DNA of 26,133 nt from a virus (lineage: Duplodnaviria > Caudoviricetes): IMG/VR virus record IMGVR_UViG_3300005764_000074, positions 1-26,133 of that record; one strand, 5' to 3'. Position numbers and translations under genes: made by a program. How positions within the stretch are numbered: the first letter of the stretch is position 1; each line of letters begins with the position of its first letter. Shown piece by piece: positions 25,514-26,133 of this stretch. The notes under the pieces are model-generated. The model had not been told where the DNA came from. It did no database searches and saw nothing but the letters and a program-made list of their open reading frames with translations.

Positions 25514-26035
25514 ATGAAACGTATTCTCCCGCTCCTGCTCGCCCTGTTCCTCCTGCTGCCCTGCGTCCCCACCGCGCACGCTCAGGGCTGGCAGATCGTC
25601 CCCTGCCCGTCCTGCCCCGGCGGCTTCGCGGCGATCCCGCCCTGGGCTGGCCAGCAAGGTCTCGGGGGAGGCTACCAAGGCTTCCAGACGCTGCCTTACG
25701 GCGGCTTCAACGGCGGGCAGTTCCAGGGAGGGCAGTTCTCTAGCCCTTTTGGGGGAGGCGGGTATCCCGCGGTTGGGGAGCAAGTCAGTTTCGGCGCTCC
25801 GCCCGCGTCTCCGTTCGCGGCTCCTCCTTCGGGTGCCCTTCCTGCTTTCGGAGGTAGTCCCGCCTTCGGCAGCCCTACTTTCGGTTGCAACGGTGGCACG
25901 CAGTGGGCGATGCCGCAGATGTACTTCATGCCGCAGGTCCCGCAGTTCGCCCAGCCGCAGTTCTTCGCCCTGCCGCAGCGGCGCGATCGTCGCCAGCTTG
26001 ACTTCGATCTGAACCTGCGCAGCCGCCTGCGCTAA
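25514..26035 (+). CDS. Secreted G/F/P/Q-rich low-complexity protein
   Basis: AAGGAGG SD; classical signal peptide MKRILPLLLALFLLL...AHA|Q; CPSC motif near the mature N-terminus. Confidence 0.8.
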   Translation: MKRILPLLLALFLLLPCVPTAHAQGWQIVPCPSCPGGFAAIPPWAGQQGLGGGYQGFQTLPYGGFNGGQFQGGQFSSPFGGGGYPAVGEQVSFGAPPASPFAAPPSGALPAFGGSPAFGSPTFGCNGGTQWAMPQMYFMPQVPQFAQPQFFALPQRRDRRQLDFDLNLRSRLR

Positions 26036-26046
26036 GGAGCGCGCGA

Positions 26047-26092
26047 CCCTCTGCAGCTCCACGGTCCGGAACTCCCCGTGGAGTGAAGAGGG
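26047..26092 (+). terminator. Stem-loop after the last gene (possible terminator or processing site)
   Basis: CTCCACGG/CCGTGGAG (26057-26083) extended by CCCTCT/AGAGGG; no U-tract. Confidence 0.35.
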
Positions 26093-26105
26093 CGGGGTGG
26101 GGTCG

Positions 26106-26116
26106 GGGGTATAATC
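26106..26116 (+). promoter_or_regulatory. Candidate -10 promoter element GGGGTATAATC
   Basis: TATAAT at 26110-26115 in the same 11-nt context as 1296-1306. Confidence 0.45.
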
Positions 26117-26133
26117 CCCCGGCTCCCTCCCCC

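Noticed and set aside
89-26035. Stop-codon reassignment
   Set aside because: Genes are long and tightly packed under the standard code; TAG, TGA and TAA all terminate well-supported genes.

Overview
A GC-rich, entirely + strand head-morphogenesis module of a tailed dsDNA phage or prophage. Gene order: C-terminal (nuclease) part of the terminase large subunit; small Zn-finger/HTH genes; an enlarged portal (DUF1073-like); an Ig-like protein; a 2291-aa MuF/SPP1 gp7-like minor head protein; a Nudix+ART-like protein; a DUF2213-like prohead protease; a large scaffold-like protein; a head decoration protein; an HK97-fold major capsid protein; then a cluster of secreted/membrane genes with a papain-like peptidase. 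The MuF protein carries six recognisable enzyme domains: ParB/Srx-like, C39 peptidase, zeta-like P-loop kinase, ART-PolyVal-like, zincin and VIP2-like ART. The most striking pattern is that the head proteins read as polyproteins. Modules are bounded by a [T/V/A/I/L/M]-x-Asn motif, and that Asn is repeatedly followed by one of a few short shared peptides (Y/W-x-P-x-QPR-D-x-x-GR-F/W; AFCPTGPGGG; PFVSE-x-QRR) that recur in different genes. I infer a system in which an Asn-specific maturation protease releases tagged enzyme cargo inside the capsid. All family assignments come from motif recognition by eye; no database search was run. No tRNA, rRNA, CRISPR array, integrase or tail genes were seen.
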